DNA of 64,000 nucleotides. Origin: Mobula birostris (lineage: Eukaryota). The stretch spans positions 91,313,006 to 91,377,005 of the forward strand of contig NC_092379.1 of assembly GCF_030028105.1 (NCBI RefSeq), given 5' to 3'. The notes beneath the pieces were generated by a model, which was given only the letters and a program-made list of their open reading frames with translations, had not been told where the DNA came from and searched no databases. Shown here piece by piece: positions 1 to 13,366 of the stretch (positions are counted from its first letter, which is position 1; the number at the start of each line of letters is the position of its first letter). The translations under genes were made by a program, and so were the position numbers.

Positions 1-370
1 ACGTTGGATTTGGTTTCCTTGGAGCAAAGGAGACTGAGGGGGTAACTCGATAGGGTGATATAAAGTAGGAGGCAGAGACAGATGGTCAGAACCTCTTTCC
101 CATGTTGGGGCTTTAAAAACCAAGAGAGCATAAATTTAAAGAGAGAGGAAGGAGTTTTAAGGGAATTCACGGGAAGTGTTTTATACATAGTGCTTGATAT
201 CTGGAAGGTGCTGCCAGGGGAGTGATGGAATCGGATACAATCACTTTTATAAACACTGAAGCAGGAGCAAGGTATAGAAGGATATGGACATACTGTGGGC
301 AAATGAGATAGTGTAGATGGGTGGAAGGTTGGCTGAAGAGCGTGTTTCTGTGCTGCACAACTCGATCTCT
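1..370 (+). mobile_element. CR1 LINE 3' end fragment (decayed)
   Basis: Resembles the ORF2 C-terminus/3' UTR of the other CR1 copies here (ttggagcaaaggagactgagggg...; tagtgcttgatatctggaa...gctgccagggg). Confidence 0.6.
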
Positions 371-1624
371 TGACTGTAATGATATTTAGGCAGCTAGAGA
401 ACTGACATTTCTATCATCCCCTGTTAATCTAAATTGATGGACTGAAGTTTCTTGATGATATTACTAGAATAAAAAGAAAATTCAATCACCATTTTGTGTC
501 TCATATTCATCATCATAAAAGGTTTCCTCAATTCTCTCTCTTATCTCTCCTTTTGCGATGTGGGTTAAAGAGTGTTACCAGCTATTCTGTTTATGCATAA
601 ACAATATCTGGCTGTTAAACCCATATCTTCACTATACTTAATTACTGCCACTATACTGTTCTCTACCATTCCTTAACCTGTACTTGGTAATCTCTTTAGG
701 ACCTAAAGCCCTGAAGCCCCAGTTACAAATCTCCTCCTTGGATCTTAAGTCCCTCCATGATCTCTGCTCTCCCAATCTCTATATTCTCCTGGTTCCTTGT
801 TTTGTAATTCTCACCAGTCTCATTTCCTACCACTACCAGCTCTGCCACTTGTCTGTCTAGGTTTCACAATTAAGTCACCTCTCTCTTCTTGCTCAGAAAT
901 TAGGAGTTAAACATGCTTATTTAAACAAATAAAAATTGGAATAGTCATTTCTCAAGAATTGGTACTAAGCCCATTGTTCACAAATTATTTTGACTTAAGA
1001 ATTAAAGAGGAGCAATATCCAAAATGTGGGATGGTTAGAACAGTGATAAAATTGTTGCACTTGTAATCTAGACGGATGTATTAACAATTCAGAGGTACAA
1101 ATTGAAGTATCACCTCAGTTGTGGGAAGTTTAAATTTGATTCATACTAAGAGCAGCATTTTAATTAAATTAATGTAACCAGAAACATAAACCCCTCTGGC
1201 TTCATTATAAGCTTAAAGCAGTCTCTCCTACTACTTAGTGGAGCTTCCAACTCCAGATCCACAGCAATGTAATTGACTCCACCTACTATAGGGATTTAGA
1301 ATGTCTTTTCGTTATTCACCCAATATGTCAAAACATAATTTTCCTATTCCTGGATGGTGCGTAGATCTCACTGAGAAGGCCAACATTTATCGTCCACCCT
1401 GAATTACCTCCTGGATTTCCAATACATTAACAACTAGGCTACAAAAACCCATCACTTGACAGAAATTAAACTGGAACGAATATCTCACAGTGACTTGCAT
1501 ACTATTTAAGCATTAACAAAGAAATTAAATTTTCAAGTGATTCTGCATATTCTTCCATGACAAGCAGTTGGAGAGGTGGTCTTGAGCTGTGAGAACTGAC
1601 CCAAGGGAGTCATGAAACGGTCCT

Positions 1625-2285
1625 CAAGCATTAACCCTTTCATTCCCAGAATCATTCTTGTGAATGTCCTCTGGACCTTCTCCAATGCCAGTGCATCCTT
1701 TCTTAGATAATGTACTCAAAACTGCTCTCAATACTTTGTGTGGTCTGACCAGTGCCTTATAAAGCCTCATCATCACATCCTTGCTCTTGTATTTTAGTCC
1801 TCTCAAAATAAAAGCTAACATTGCATTTGCCTTCCTTACCAGCAACTCAAACTACAAGTTAACCTTGAGGGAATCCTGCACCGGGACTCCTAAGTCCTTT
1901 TGCACTTCTGATTTTTTCACTTTCTCCTCATTTAGAAAATAGTCTGCTTTTATCTCTTTGACCACACTGCATAACCATACACTTCCCTACAATATATCCC
2001 ATCTGCCACTTTTTTGCCCATTCTCCCAATCTAAGTCCTTCTGCAGACTCCCTGCTTCCTCAATGCTCCCAGCCCCTCCAGCTATCTTCCTATTATCTGC
2101 CACAAGCCATCTATTCCATTATCCAGATCATTGACATATAACATGAAAAGGAATGTTCCCAATACCAATCCCTGTGGAACACCACTCGTTACTGGCCAAC
2201 CAGGATAGACCCTCTTTATTCACATTCTTTGCCTCCTACTGGTCTGCCAATGTTCTATCCATGCTAATATCTTTCCTGTAATACC
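1625..2285 (-). mobile_element. CR1 LINE ORF2 (RT) fragment
   Basis: ORF 1624-1845 'KANAMLAFILRGLKYKSKDVMMRLYKALVRPH' is typical of the CR1 ORF2 C-terminal region. Confidence 0.85.
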
Positions 2286-2287
2286 TT

Positions 2288-3865
2288 AAGACCATAAGGC
2301 ATAGGAGCAGAATTAGGACATTTGGCACATCAAGTCTGCTCCACCACTTTATTATGGCTGATCCATTTTTCCTCTCAGCCCCAATATCCTGCCTTCTTCC
2401 CATATCCCTTCATGCTGTGACCAATCAAGAATCTATCAACCTCTGCCTTAAATGTACATAAAGATCTGGTCTCCACAATGGCCCGTGGCAATGAATTACA
2501 CAGGTTCACCACTCTCTAGCTTAAGAAATTTCTCCTCATCTCTGTTCTTAAAGGGCACTCCTCTATTCTGAAGCTGTGTTCTCTGGCCCTAGACTTCCAC
2601 CATAGGTAACATCCTCTCCACATTCACTATCAATGCCTTTCACCATCTGATAGGTTTCAATTAGGTCATCCCTCACTCTTCTAAATTCCAGTGAATACAG
2701 ACCCAGAGCCATCAAACGCTCTTCATGATAGGCCATTTCAACCTGGAATCATTTTCGTGAACCTCTGTTGAACCCTCTCCAGTTCAGCACATCCTTTCTG
2801 AGACTAGGGCCCAAAACTTCTCACAAGACTTACCAGTGCTTTATAAAGTCTCAACATTACATCCTTGCCTTTATACTCTAGTCCTCTTGAAATGAATGCT
2901 AATTTTGCATTTGCCTTTCTCACCACAGACTCAACCTGCAAATTAACTTTTAGGGAATCCTGCACAAGGACTCCCAAGTCCCTTTGCACCCCAGTTTTTG
3001 CATTCTTTACCCGTTTAGAAAATAGTCAACCTTTTAATTCCTTCTACTGAAGTGCATAACCATACACTTCCCAGCACTGTATTCTGCCATGCCTTTGCCC
3101 ATTCTCCTAATTTAAGTCCTTCTGCAGCCTCTTTCCTCAAAACTACCTGCCCCATGCCTATCTTCATATTGTCTGCAACCTCGGCATCCAAATCAATAAC
3201 ATATAGAATGAAAACAATCTGTCCCAACACAAACCCCCATGGAACACCACTAGTCAGCGGCAGCCAACCAGAAAAGGCTCCCTTTATTCCCACTCTTTGC
3301 ATCCTGCCAGTTAGCCACTGCTTTATCCATGCTAGAATCATCCCTGTAATACCATGGGCTTGTAGTTTGTTAAGCAGACTCGTGTGGCACCTTGTCAAAG
3401 GACTTTTGAAAACCCAAATAGACAACATCAACTGGCTCTCCCTTGTCTATTCTGCTTGTTATTTCTTCAAACAATTCCAGCAGATTTGTCAGGCAAGATT
3501 TTCCCTAGAGGAAACCACGCTGACTACAGTCTATTTTATCATGTGCCTCCAAGTACCCCGAAACCACATCCTTAACAATCGACTCCAACATCTTCCCAAC
3601 CACCAAGGTCAGACTAACTGGCTTATAATTTCCTTTCTTCTGCCTCTCTCCCTTCTTGAAGAGTGGAGTGACATTTGCAATTTTCCAGTCTTCTGGAATC
3701 ATTCCAGAAACTATGATTCTTGAAAGATCATTACTAATGCCTCCACAATCTCTACACCACCTCTTTCAGGACTCTAGGGTGTACACCATCTGGTCCAGGT
3801 GACTTACCTACCTTCATATCTTCCAGTTTCCCAAGAAACTTCTCCCTAGTAATGGTAACTTCACA
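2288..3865 (-). mobile_element. CR1 LINE, 5'-truncated, RT region plus 3' tail
   Basis: ORFs 'EDWKIANVTPLFKKG..NYKPVSLT', 'SGVPWGFVLG' and 'RDLGVLVQDSLK'; 3' tail reads (minus) cctatgccttatggtctta near 2288. Confidence 0.9.
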
Positions 3866-3869
3866 TAGG

Positions 3870-4115
3870 TAGGAGATGAAGAGAAGCTGTTTTTCCCAGA
3901 GAGTACTGAATCTGTGGAATTCTCTCCCCAGGGAAGCAGTAGAAGCTACCTCATTAAGTATAATGAAGACACAGTAAGAGAGATTTTTTCATAGCAGTAG
4001 AATTAAAGATTCTGGGGAAAAGGCAGCTGGATGGAGCTGTCCACAGCCAGATCAGCCATGATCTTATTGAAAGGTGGAACAGGCTTGATGGGCCAAAATG
4101 GCTACTCCTTTATCG
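3870..4115 (+). mobile_element. CR1 LINE 3' end fragment
   Basis: 'tgaatctgtggaattctctccccagggaagcagtagaagctacctc...cagatcagccatgatcttattga' matches the copy at 38560-38730. Confidence 0.8.
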
Positions 4116-4736
4116 ACTGATATCATTTGGCAATATTCTAGGTCACTCCAGATGCTGCTTATGAAGCAAATCTTTAGCTGTATGCAAGAGTTACACGGAA
4201 GGTCTTTATTTCTAACCACTGCACTTGAGAATGGATGTATCTTGATTCTAGATTCAAATAGCTGATGTAGAGTTTGATCCTTCCAATAATGCCCTTTTCT
4301 TGTTTGAATTAAGATATTTTGGTGCCAATATGACAGGTGTGAAAGCAATCAATTGCTGAAGGGGAGATTAGAATGGAACTCAGAAGTGAATTGCAGATGA
4401 GACAGTGGACTCTCACAATGTTCAAGTGATGTAGTAAATCATTAATCCAAAGGGAAGAATTCTTTTTGAATCAAGGTTGACAAATATGTTTAACTTTAAA
4501 TCATATTTACAATACAAGCATGACAATTAATTGTTTATTCGGACATATTAAATCAGAATATTTAAAAAACACAACTTGGATTTTCTCTAATAAAAAGTAA
4601 TGGTTCTCCAATGTAATTATTGCATAAAGAAAAGGATATACAAAGGGAGTATTTCTTCAATTTCATTTTACAACCAATAAAACTGATATGTGTCTAAACA
4701 GGTAAAGTTTTTCTGAGAAATGAAGATAAATTTATT

Positions 4737-4895
4737 TTACTTTTTTCCTTCAACCATGATTATATGGTAACCAAATTTAGTTTTTACAGGTGGGTCTGTG
4801 TATATGGGTTTATCTGTTGTGCTGTGGGAGAGGGCAAAAGCAGCTTCCTGGAAGGGTCCCACCATTGAACCTCTGGTCATCCAGCCCAGATCACC
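4737..4895 (-). CDS. PIN4: PIN4 (parvulin-14) coding exon 4, last
   Basis: tttttag| then [52 protein letters not shown] (159 nt, phase 0). Too short for the ORF track. Confidence 0.97.
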   Translation of the reverse strand, partial: GDLGWMTRGSMVGPFQEAAFALSHSTTDKPIYTDPPVKTKFGYHIIMVEGKK

Positions 4896-5221
4896 CTAAA
4901 AATAGAAACAACTATTTACACATCTGCAATTTATTTGAAACACATAGAAAGAAAACTTTTAATGAGCATTTTCAGGTCTTGATGCAGTAAAGATGCCCAA
5001 ATAACTAGGCTGCAGCCTTTAATTGTGAACTTAAACACACATCATAGCAAAGTTATGCAGGTTCACTGAAATGTCAGCAAACACACAAACTTGTTTTTCA
5101 ACTAACATTGCAGCCATATACATTTAGTAACAAGACAGTTCAGAAATCTTTACAATCTACAATTCATCAGCATACTACCATAAGGAATCAAATGTTCACA
5201 TATTTTTTGTTTTGTACTTAC

Positions 5222-5341
5222 TCCTTGCCTAGCTTTGTCTTCACTGTATTGACTAGCTACTTCATTAAATTTCATGCCGGACTTCAACTTCTCCATGGCT
5301 TCCATGATTTTACTGTGCTTTTCACAGAGGATGTGTCTTAC
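5222..5341 (-). CDS. PIN4: PIN4 coding exon 3
   Basis: ttgttgcag|[40 protein letters not shown]|gtaagt; 120 nt; near-identical to vertebrate Par14. Confidence 0.97.
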
Positions 5342-5896
5342 CTGCAACAACAGAAATATTGTAATGCTTCCACTAGACAACCAAAATCAAATTTTAACAA
5401 AAAACAATTGAACCCCAAACTTTCCTGATGGAATTGTAGGTAAATATACCACCAAATCCAGTACTAAGTCCCACAGAACAGGACGAGTGAACACTGAACT
5501 CTGATTTCCTTAAACATTATCTTATATAGGAATCAGGTTAGTTTTTCTGGAACTGCAAATTAAAAAGTTAACAAAAAAAATCTACCAGAATTCCTGTATA
5601 TGATTGTTCCTGTTTCTTGGGCAATTGAAATGATTGAGCCTGTGGGAACATGAGGTGATTAAAATTGGATTAGTGTAAAAATAGAAGCATGGTAGTTGGT
5701 GCAGACTTGCGGACTAAAGATTCTGTTTCTAAGCTGCTTCTTCCTACGACACTATGAATCACTTCTATTCTGACTTTTGGGTTCAGGGGAGCTTGATGAA
5801 GCCCTATGTACATATGGGACAAGAGGTGCTTGATAGGACAGAATATTTGGGTAATTTCTGAAATGACGAACTCCTGCCACATAAGCAGTACTTCTA

Positions 5897-7511
5897 CAGT
5901 GGCATGCAAAAGTTTGGGCACCCCGGTCAAAATTTCTGCTGGCCAAGCGAGTAAAAGATGACCTGATTTCCAAAAGGCATAAAGTTAAAGATGACACATT
6001 TCTTTCATATTTTAAGCAAGATTACTTTTTTATTTCTATCTTTTACAGTTTCAAAACAACAAAAAAGGAAAAGGGCCCGAAGCAAAAGTTTGGGCACCCG
6101 GCATGGTCAGTACTTAGTAACACCCCCTTTGGCAAGTATCACAGCTTGTAAACGCTTTCTGCAGCCAGCTAAGAGTCTTTCAATTCTTGTTTGGGGGATT
6201 TTCACCCATTCTTCCTTGCAAAAAGCTTCTAGTTCTGTGAGATTCTTGGGCTGTGTTGCATGCACTGCTCTTTTGAGGTCTATCCACAGATTTTTGATGA
6301 TATTTAGGTCGGGGGACTGTGAGGGCCATGGCAAAACCTTCACCTTACGCCTCTTGAGGTAGTCTATTGTGGATTTTGAGGTGTGCTTAGGATCATTATC
6401 CTGTTGTAGAAGCCATCCTCTTTTCATCTTCAGCTTTTTTACAGACGGTGTGATGTTTGCTTCCAGAATTTGCTAGTATTTAATTGAATTCATTCTTCCC
6501 TTTACCAGTGAAATGTTCCCCGTGCCACTGGCTGCAACACAAGCCCAAAGCATGATCAATCCACCCCCATGCTTAACAGTTGGAGAGGTGTTCTTTTCAT
6601 GAAATTCTGCACCCTTTTTTCTCCAAACATACCTTTGCTCATTGCGGCCAAAAAGTTCTATTTTAACTTCATCAGTCCACAGGACTTGTTTCCAAAATGC
6701 ATCAGGCTTGTTTAGGTGTTCTTTTGCAAACTTCTGACGCTGAACTTTGTGGTGAGGATGCAGGAAAGGTTTTCTTCTGATGAGTCTTCCATGAAGGTCA
6801 TATTTGTGCAGGTGTCGCTGCATAGTAGAATAATGCACCACCACTCCAGAGTCTGCTAAATTTTCCAGTCAAACGGACTTTTGCAGTCAAACGGGGATTT
6901 TGATTTGCCTTTCTAGCAATCCTATGAGCAGTTCTCTTGGAAAGTTTTCTTGGTCTTCCAGACCTCAACTTGACCTCCACCGTTCCTGTTAACTGCCATT
7001 TCTTAATTAAGTTACGAACTGAGGAAACAGCTACCTGAAAATGCTTTGCTATCTTCTTATAGCCTTCTCCTGCTTTGTGGGCATCATTTACTTTAATTTT
7101 CAGAGTGCAAGGCAGCTGCTTAGAGGAGCCCATGGCTGCTGATTGTTGGGACAAGGTTTGAGGAGTCAGGGTATTTACAAAGCTTTGAAATTTGCATCAC
7201 CTGGCCTTTCCAAACGATGACTGTGAACAAGCCATAGCCCTAACAAGCTAATTAAGGTCTGAGACCTTGGTAAAAGTTATCTGAGAGCTCAAATTTCCTG
7301 GGGTGCCTAAACTTTTGCATGGTGCTCCTTTCTTTTTTTCACTCTAAAATTGTACAAAACAAAAATAATACACTAATCTTGCTTAAAATGTTGAAAAGAA
7401 TGTTTCATCTTTAACTTTATGACTTTTGGAGATCAGTTCATCTTCTATTCACTTAACTATTCACAGTAACAGAAATTTTGACCGGAGTGGCCAAACTTTT
7501 GCATACCACTG
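5897..7511 (-). mobile_element. Full-length Tc1-family DNA transposon (IR/DR type), defective
   Basis: TA at 5895-5896 and 7512-7513; ~210-bp imperfect terminal inverted repeats starting CAGTGG(C/T)ATGCAAAAGTTTGG, each with an inner copy of the CAAAAGTTTGGGCACCC motif (~6083, ~7300-7320). Confidence 0.95.
6107..7133 (-). pseudogene. Tc1 DD34E transposase pseudogene
   Basis: GRPRK, VLWTDE, KHGGG..MLWAC, QQDND, WPSQSPDLNII motifs; frameshift near 6870, in-frame TAG at 6473-6475, and K where the catalytic E is expected (34 residues after the second D). Confidence 0.93.
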
Positions 7512-8169
7512 TATGCGCTCCCCATGCAACTTTAATATCATTAATATACCTAGCATTGATGCCATTGTTGCTTTCAGCTGGCTCTATTGCATACGCTGAT
7601 CTAGCGATTCAAGGGTTTAAACACCATCCTGAACTCCTTTACTTTAGGCGGTTATGGATCAACAATTCTCAGGAATCACTGAGGTAGCTATAATTCAAAG
7701 AAGCTTTGAGGGCTTCTTGTTTGTCTGGCCAGTAATCTCCTGTCATGGCAGAACTCAAAACAGAGAACAGTCTGTTTTGGGAATCTGCTGTTCGATATAC
7801 AAGCCACGTGGTCTACCCTACTGAGTGTAAATAGAAGTTGGGGTTATGGTACCAGGAGATGACCCTGACACTGGTTTAGTTATCCTTCCACTGAGCTTGG
7901 AGGAATTTATAGAGCAGTTGTTCTGATCCAGCCTTACTACCCTGTGACCAATACAGCTGAACAGGTCTTGTTTTAACTACGATTAGACAAGGCTAGGTGA
8001 GAAGACAGTATCCCAGATGAAGCTGGAAAGGTCAATGGTAAAGTGGTTTAGTTACATTAGTAATGTCACTACTCACATCTGGAAAGGGGAGGGAACCAGA
8101 GATACTATAATTATAACCATATATCGGCATGGTAGCCGTCAGATAACCTCCTTCCATGGGTAATATCTT

Positions 8170-10530
8170 TATTCAAGTTCTTTTAATTGTCATTCAAACA
8201 TACATGCGTACAAAGCCAAACGAAACAACGTTCCTCCAGACCAAAGTGCACAACACAGTACATAAACTCACACACATAACACATAAAATAATATTACCAC
8301 AAGCAAATTAACAAATAATAAGGTGCATTTATGGCAAAAGTAATAAAAAAAACAGTATACTGCTACCGATATTTCATTTGTGATGAGACCTGGGTGGTGA
8401 CAAGGAGTTCAGTAGTCTTAGAGTCTGGGAGAAGAAGCTGTTTCCCATCATAACAGTTCTTGTTCTAAAGCTACGGTACCTCCTGCCTCATGGTAGGGGG
8501 TCAAAGAGATTGTTGGATGGATCATTGCCAATGCTAAGGGCCCTGCATTTGCAGCACTCCTGAAAAATATCTCTGATGGGTGGAAGAGAGACCCTGATGA
8601 TCTTCTCTGTAGGGACTTGTGGTCAGATGCCTTGCAATTCCCATAGTGTCAGTTGCTCAGGACACTTTTGATGGGTGATCTGATAAAAAAGTGGGTAGAA
8701 TGGGGGAGGAGGGGTGGAAAGGAGCCTCACTCACCTCTATATCCTCAGGAAGTGGAGCTACTACTGTGCTTTCTTAACTAAAGAGGTGGTGTTGAGGGAG
8801 CAGGTGAGATCACCTGCGATGTACACTCCCAGAAAGTGTTTGTAACTCTCTCCACAGAGCGCTGTGTATGTGCAGTGAGGGGCAGTCAGCCTGCACCTTC
8901 CTGAAATCCATGATCATTTCCTTGGTCTTATCCTCGCTGAGACTCAAGTTGTTGTGGTCACACCATTCTACCAGCTACTCTGCCTCCTTGCTGTACGCCG
9001 TTTTGTTGTTGGTGATGAAGCCAATGACTGTTGTGTCATCAGTGAACTTGATAAATCAGTTTGAACTGGATCTAGCAAAGCAGTCACGCGTCAACAACGT
9101 GAACAGCAGCGGGCTGAGCACACAGCCCTGGGGGTCATCGTGCTCAGTGTCATGGAGTTAGAAATGTTTCTGCCAACATGGACTGATTGTGGCCTTTCTG
9201 TCAAGAAGTTACAGAGGGACGTGTTGAGACCCAACGAGGACAGTTTACTCACCAGCTTCTGAAGGATGATCGTATTAAGCACCAAGGTGAAACCTATAAG
9301 CAACATCCTGGCACATGAAGCACCATTTTCCAGGTGGGGCAGGAGAGAGTGGAGTGCAGAGGCTTTGGCATCATCAGTAGACCAATTTGAGTGATGAGCG
9401 AACCGGAAATGGTCCAATGTAGCAGGAAGATAAGATTTAATGTGACTAAAAGTACTTAATTATCATTGGGATCAGTGCCTCTGGATGGTAGTCATTGAGT
9501 CAGGAAGTCTTGGGCACCAAGATGATGATGCTGCCTTGAAGCCTGAGGGGGCAGTAGACTGTTTCAGAAAGATGTTGAAGATGACTGTTCGAACCTCTGG
9601 GCTGCATTGTCTCTCAGTACCTGACCAAGTACGCTATCAGGCCCCACAGCTTTACATGGGTTGACCCTGGCCAGGGTCTTACACTCGGCAGGTGTGACCA
9701 GACAAAGTGCCTGCTCCTTGGCGGTCGGGGGCAAGGGGACCTTCCTCGTGGGTACATCATTCCATCCACAAACTGAGCGTAATAGGCATTCAGCTTATCA
9801 GGAAGAGAAATACCACTGTCGATGACACACAGGGTGGCCTTATGGTCTATCATGGTCTGAATGCCCTGCCATATGCACCTCACGTGTCTGGTGTCACAGA
9901 AATGGTTGTATATTTCGCTGTGAATAATTCCTTTTGCCTTCCTGATGTTGTGGGAAAGCGCAACTCTTGCTGACCTAAGAGCTGTTTTAATGCCCGATCT
10001 GAAGGCAGAATCCCGATCACCTCAGCTGTGCTGGGTCCTCAGCTCTCAGCCCTTGTTTCTGATTTGTCCTCACATAGATACGTTCAATAACACTGACACG
10101 CTTCTCTATGTAGCCAGTCACAGCTTTCGCACATTCATCGATGCTAGTGGGATGGCCAAAGGTAACTGCCTTGCTGAACACATTCCACTCTGTGTTTTCA
10201 CAACAGTCCGCAATGCTGTGTTTGCCCCTTCTGGCCGGGTCTTTATCTCCCTGTGAATGGATTTAACTTATATACTCAATGGACAGTATGCAGGAATTAG
10301 CATAATGGAGAATCCAAGGTGAGGGCAGGGAGCAGCTTTGTGTGCACCAGGGACGTTGGCATAAACCAGGTCTAATGTGTAAAATCAACGTGCTGATAGA
10401 ATTTAGGCAGGACTGTTTTTAGGTTAGCATGGTTGAAGTCGTCAGCAACGATAAAGAAACCTTCAAGATGTGTTTTGCAGGTCACTGATGGCGCCACAGA
10501 TCTCACACAGATTCCTGTGAAGCGCTTTCC
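8170..10530 (-). mobile_element. Rex1/Babar-like LINE, decayed
   Basis: ORFs 'FIVADDFNHANLKTVLPKFYQHV', 'LPDKLNAYYAQF', 'STDDA..LPHLENGASCARMLLI' and 'LSSLGLNTSLCNFLTERPQSV'. Confidence 0.85.
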
Positions 10531-10559
10531 TCTAGCTGTATGTGAAAACCAAATAAACT

Positions 10560-10745
10560 GCAGATAATGGAAATCTGAATTAAAGGCAGGACATGCTGGA
10601 AACACTCGGCAGATCAGGCAGTGTCAATGGAGAAGGAAACAGAAGAAATACTGCTAGGGTCAATGACCCTCATCAAAACTGGGACAGATTAAAAACAAGC
10701 ATTCATTTTAATTTCAGAGAAGATGGGGGAGGAATGAATCAGATA
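10560..10745. mobile_element. Penelope-like terminal-repeat remnant
   Basis: 'atgctggaaacactcggcagatcaggcag' resembles the arm at 27045-27170. Confidence 0.55.
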
Positions 10746-10794
10746 AGAGCACAGTTCCCAAACAAAAGGCAGACAATAGAATCTGATTATTTAC

Positions 10795-10859
10795 CTTAAC
10801 TGCATTACCCCCTTTGGGTCCTTTATCTTTCTTATCGGCATTATCACCGCCAGCTGCAC
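10795..10859 (-). CDS. PIN4: PIN4 coding exon 2
   Basis: ttttatgtccttaag|(G)AAGGDNADKKDKGPKGGNAVK|gtaaat; 65 nt; phase 1 to 0 fits exons 1 and 3. Confidence 0.95.
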
Positions 10860-10884
10860 CTTAAGGACATAAAAATGGAATGTG

Positions 10885-11005
10885 TTTATTTATTGAAGTA
10901 CAGCGTGGAATAGGCCCTTCTGGTCCCCTGAGCTGCGCCACCCAGTAACGCCCTGATTTAATCCTAGCCTAATCACAGAACAATTTACAATGACCAATTA
11001 ACCTT
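10885..11005 (-). mobile_element. SINE 3' fragment (V-SINE-like with LINE-like tail)
   Basis: 'aataggcccttctggtccc...aacaatttacaatgaccaattaacct' pattern, related to 60200-60480. Confidence 0.45.
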
Positions 11006-11759
11006 TCCAATTGATCAATTTCTTTGTCTTTAATGCATTAGTAATTCAGAATTACAGGGAATCATTGAATAGCAGCATAATTGAATAATGAACACATCAC
11101 TTTTTATCCATAATAAGCTATCCCTCAAAGAGTAAATAATTAATTTGTTAACCAGCTTCCATACCATAGTACCTCCTGTGCTTTTGCATTGTGAGCATAT
11201 GAATATAAAGCTAATTACAGAAACTAGATTACTCTTAGGGAAAAAATTCTAACCAGAAAGTAAGCTTTCATAAGGAGATATTGTATTTGCAGGAAGACAG
11301 TTGAGAATTTTATAGATCTGCAGCCGACAAAAAAATGGGCAAATTGCATTGGTAACTTTCACCCATTATACAATAGAACCAGGATTCCCCTTTAGGAATT
11401 GTATTTCCCACATAAAATGAGGTCCGAAGAGCTCAGTAAAATCACTTAACAACAGCAACTGGATCAAACACCAATAAACTACCACCTTTGTAATTTAATC
11501 ATAACGAAATGAGGAGTACATTAATGTTGAAAGTTGTGAATTCTGTCTGATTTAAAGAGTTACCGCTGGGATCTTGTCATTATACTTTATAATTTAACCT
11601 ATTGGTTTTTCGGTGAATATTATTGCATCCAAATGTCTGCCGAACAATATATAGGGCACGATCACAACCCTGAATCAAACCTAGCCTGACCTCAGCTGAT
11701 GAGGTCTGCTGATTTATTATTGGCCCAATTACAACATTTAACCACCAGTCGGATTTCCA

Positions 11760-12330
11760 ACCCCCCACCCCCCCACCTTTCAGCCATCTCAGGGGATCAT
11801 TCCCTTCCGGACTCTGTCATTCAATCTTCTACCTCGACCAGCCACTCTCCTTGTTAGGGCTCTTTTCCGTGCAATTCAGTAGATGAACCACATGCCACTT
11901 TCCCTCTCCCCTTACCATCATCCAGGGACAATAACACATTTCCCACAAGAAGCAGTTACACTTTTTCCAATCAGGCCCACCACATTCCACACTCACAATG
12001 CGGCCTTATCGATGTTCATTTAGTCTGCAGTAGCAAACCTGAACTTCAGCTTGCCTGTCACTTTAATTCCCTGGTTGACTCTGTCTGTCGCCTCCTGGAT
12101 CGTTATAATGAGGCCCGATATGAGCTTGAGGAATGACGACACCCCTAGCGTGCTGCAGCCTTCGAGGCTCAATAGTGAACTCAACAAATTCAGGTTAATT
12201 GCTTCCCTGTATCAGAATTGGCAGCCCTGCTGCATTGTGAGACTAACTTTCTCTCTTTCCTAATTCTGCAAAAGGTTAACTTTGCACCCTTTTCCACACA
12301 TGCCGCCTGACCTGCTGTACCCTGCATTTT
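11760..12330 (+). mobile_element. Penelope-like element 3' remnant, heavily decayed
   Basis: Patchy similarity to the reverse complement of 34930-35900; ends in 'tgccgcctgacctgctg'. Confidence 0.5.
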
Positions 12331-12869
12331 TCCCCCCATTTAAGGTGATTATGCTGCTTCGTAGCTCAAAAGGATTCATGAACCATTAAAATCCTTAACT
12401 CAAAATCCCAAATTCCTCATGGCTGACATGGACAGATCCCTTTACTGTTGCAGGACCCAAGCACAAATGCCATTGTTAATGTGAATCTAAGAAAGCAGTG
12501 CTGATTGAGAAATAACAATGTTGGGTGTTAGTGTACTAATGTCTCTAAAAGATAATAAACCACTGTATTGTTTCATTACAATCTTCGTAATCTCTTGTGA
12601 CTTTGGACTTTTAACTCCACTTGCATGACAGTTGGGTTCATTTCTTTTCTGTTATAATATAATATATAGAACTGACTGAATTAAGTGCATTCAATTTTGA
12701 CTTTTTTCTGTATATTACTTTGATGTGAATTAAAATAGATATTTCTATTTGCATGTTATTTTTCAAACCTACTTAAAAACATTGCCTTGTTCTTATACCA
12801 ATTGGCAAAAACTGGTGACTGAAGCCCCTCACATTCAAATAATCTGCATACGAGGTTTAAAAGATCATA

Positions 12870-13366
12870 CAGAGCTTACAGACGTGATTGATAGTAAAAG
12901 GCAGGAGGTACAGAATCCTTGGGTCCCACACCACCAGGTTTAGGAACAATTATTATCTTTCAACTATCAGGCTCTTGAACCACCATGGATAACTTAATTA
13001 CTCAGTGCTCTAAATTGATTCGTCTTGAATCTAGGTGAGTATGCTGCAGTTGTTACCGACTTCATTGAAACCTGTGTGGATGAGTGTGTGCCTACAAAGA
13101 CTTACTGTACATTTCCAAACCTATAGCCAGGGATGAACCAGGAGGTACATCGTCTGGTGAAGGCTAGATCTATAGCAATCAAGGCTGATGACCCAGGTCC
13201 GTACCAGAAAACCATCCCTCTGCCATCCGATTCCTAAATGGATATTGAATCCATGAACATTAGCTCACTTTTTAAAATTATATATTATTTCTATGTTTGC
13301 ACATTTTAAAATCTATTCAATATACATATACTGTAATTTATTAATTTATTCTTCTATATCATTATG
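12870..13366 (+). mobile_element. Two nested Rex1/Babar-like 3' fragments (left halves)
   Basis: 'ggcaggaggtacagaatccttgggtcccacaccaccaggtttaggaaca' then 'ccctctgccatccgattcctaaatgga'; both continue after 15911. Confidence 0.7.

Noticed and set aside
3052-3723. 223-aa plus-strand ORF as a novel gene
   Set aside because: It is the antisense frame of the minus-strand CR1 RT; the same holds for many ORFs in the track.
370-4700. ERCC6L or RPS4X exons expected downstream of PIN4 from human synteny
   Set aside because: No matching peptide found; they may lie outside the window.
5150-5380. PIN4 as a single-exon 76-aa ORF or processed pseudogene
   Set aside because: Only 5222-5341 is exonic; three more in-phase exons complete an intact gene.
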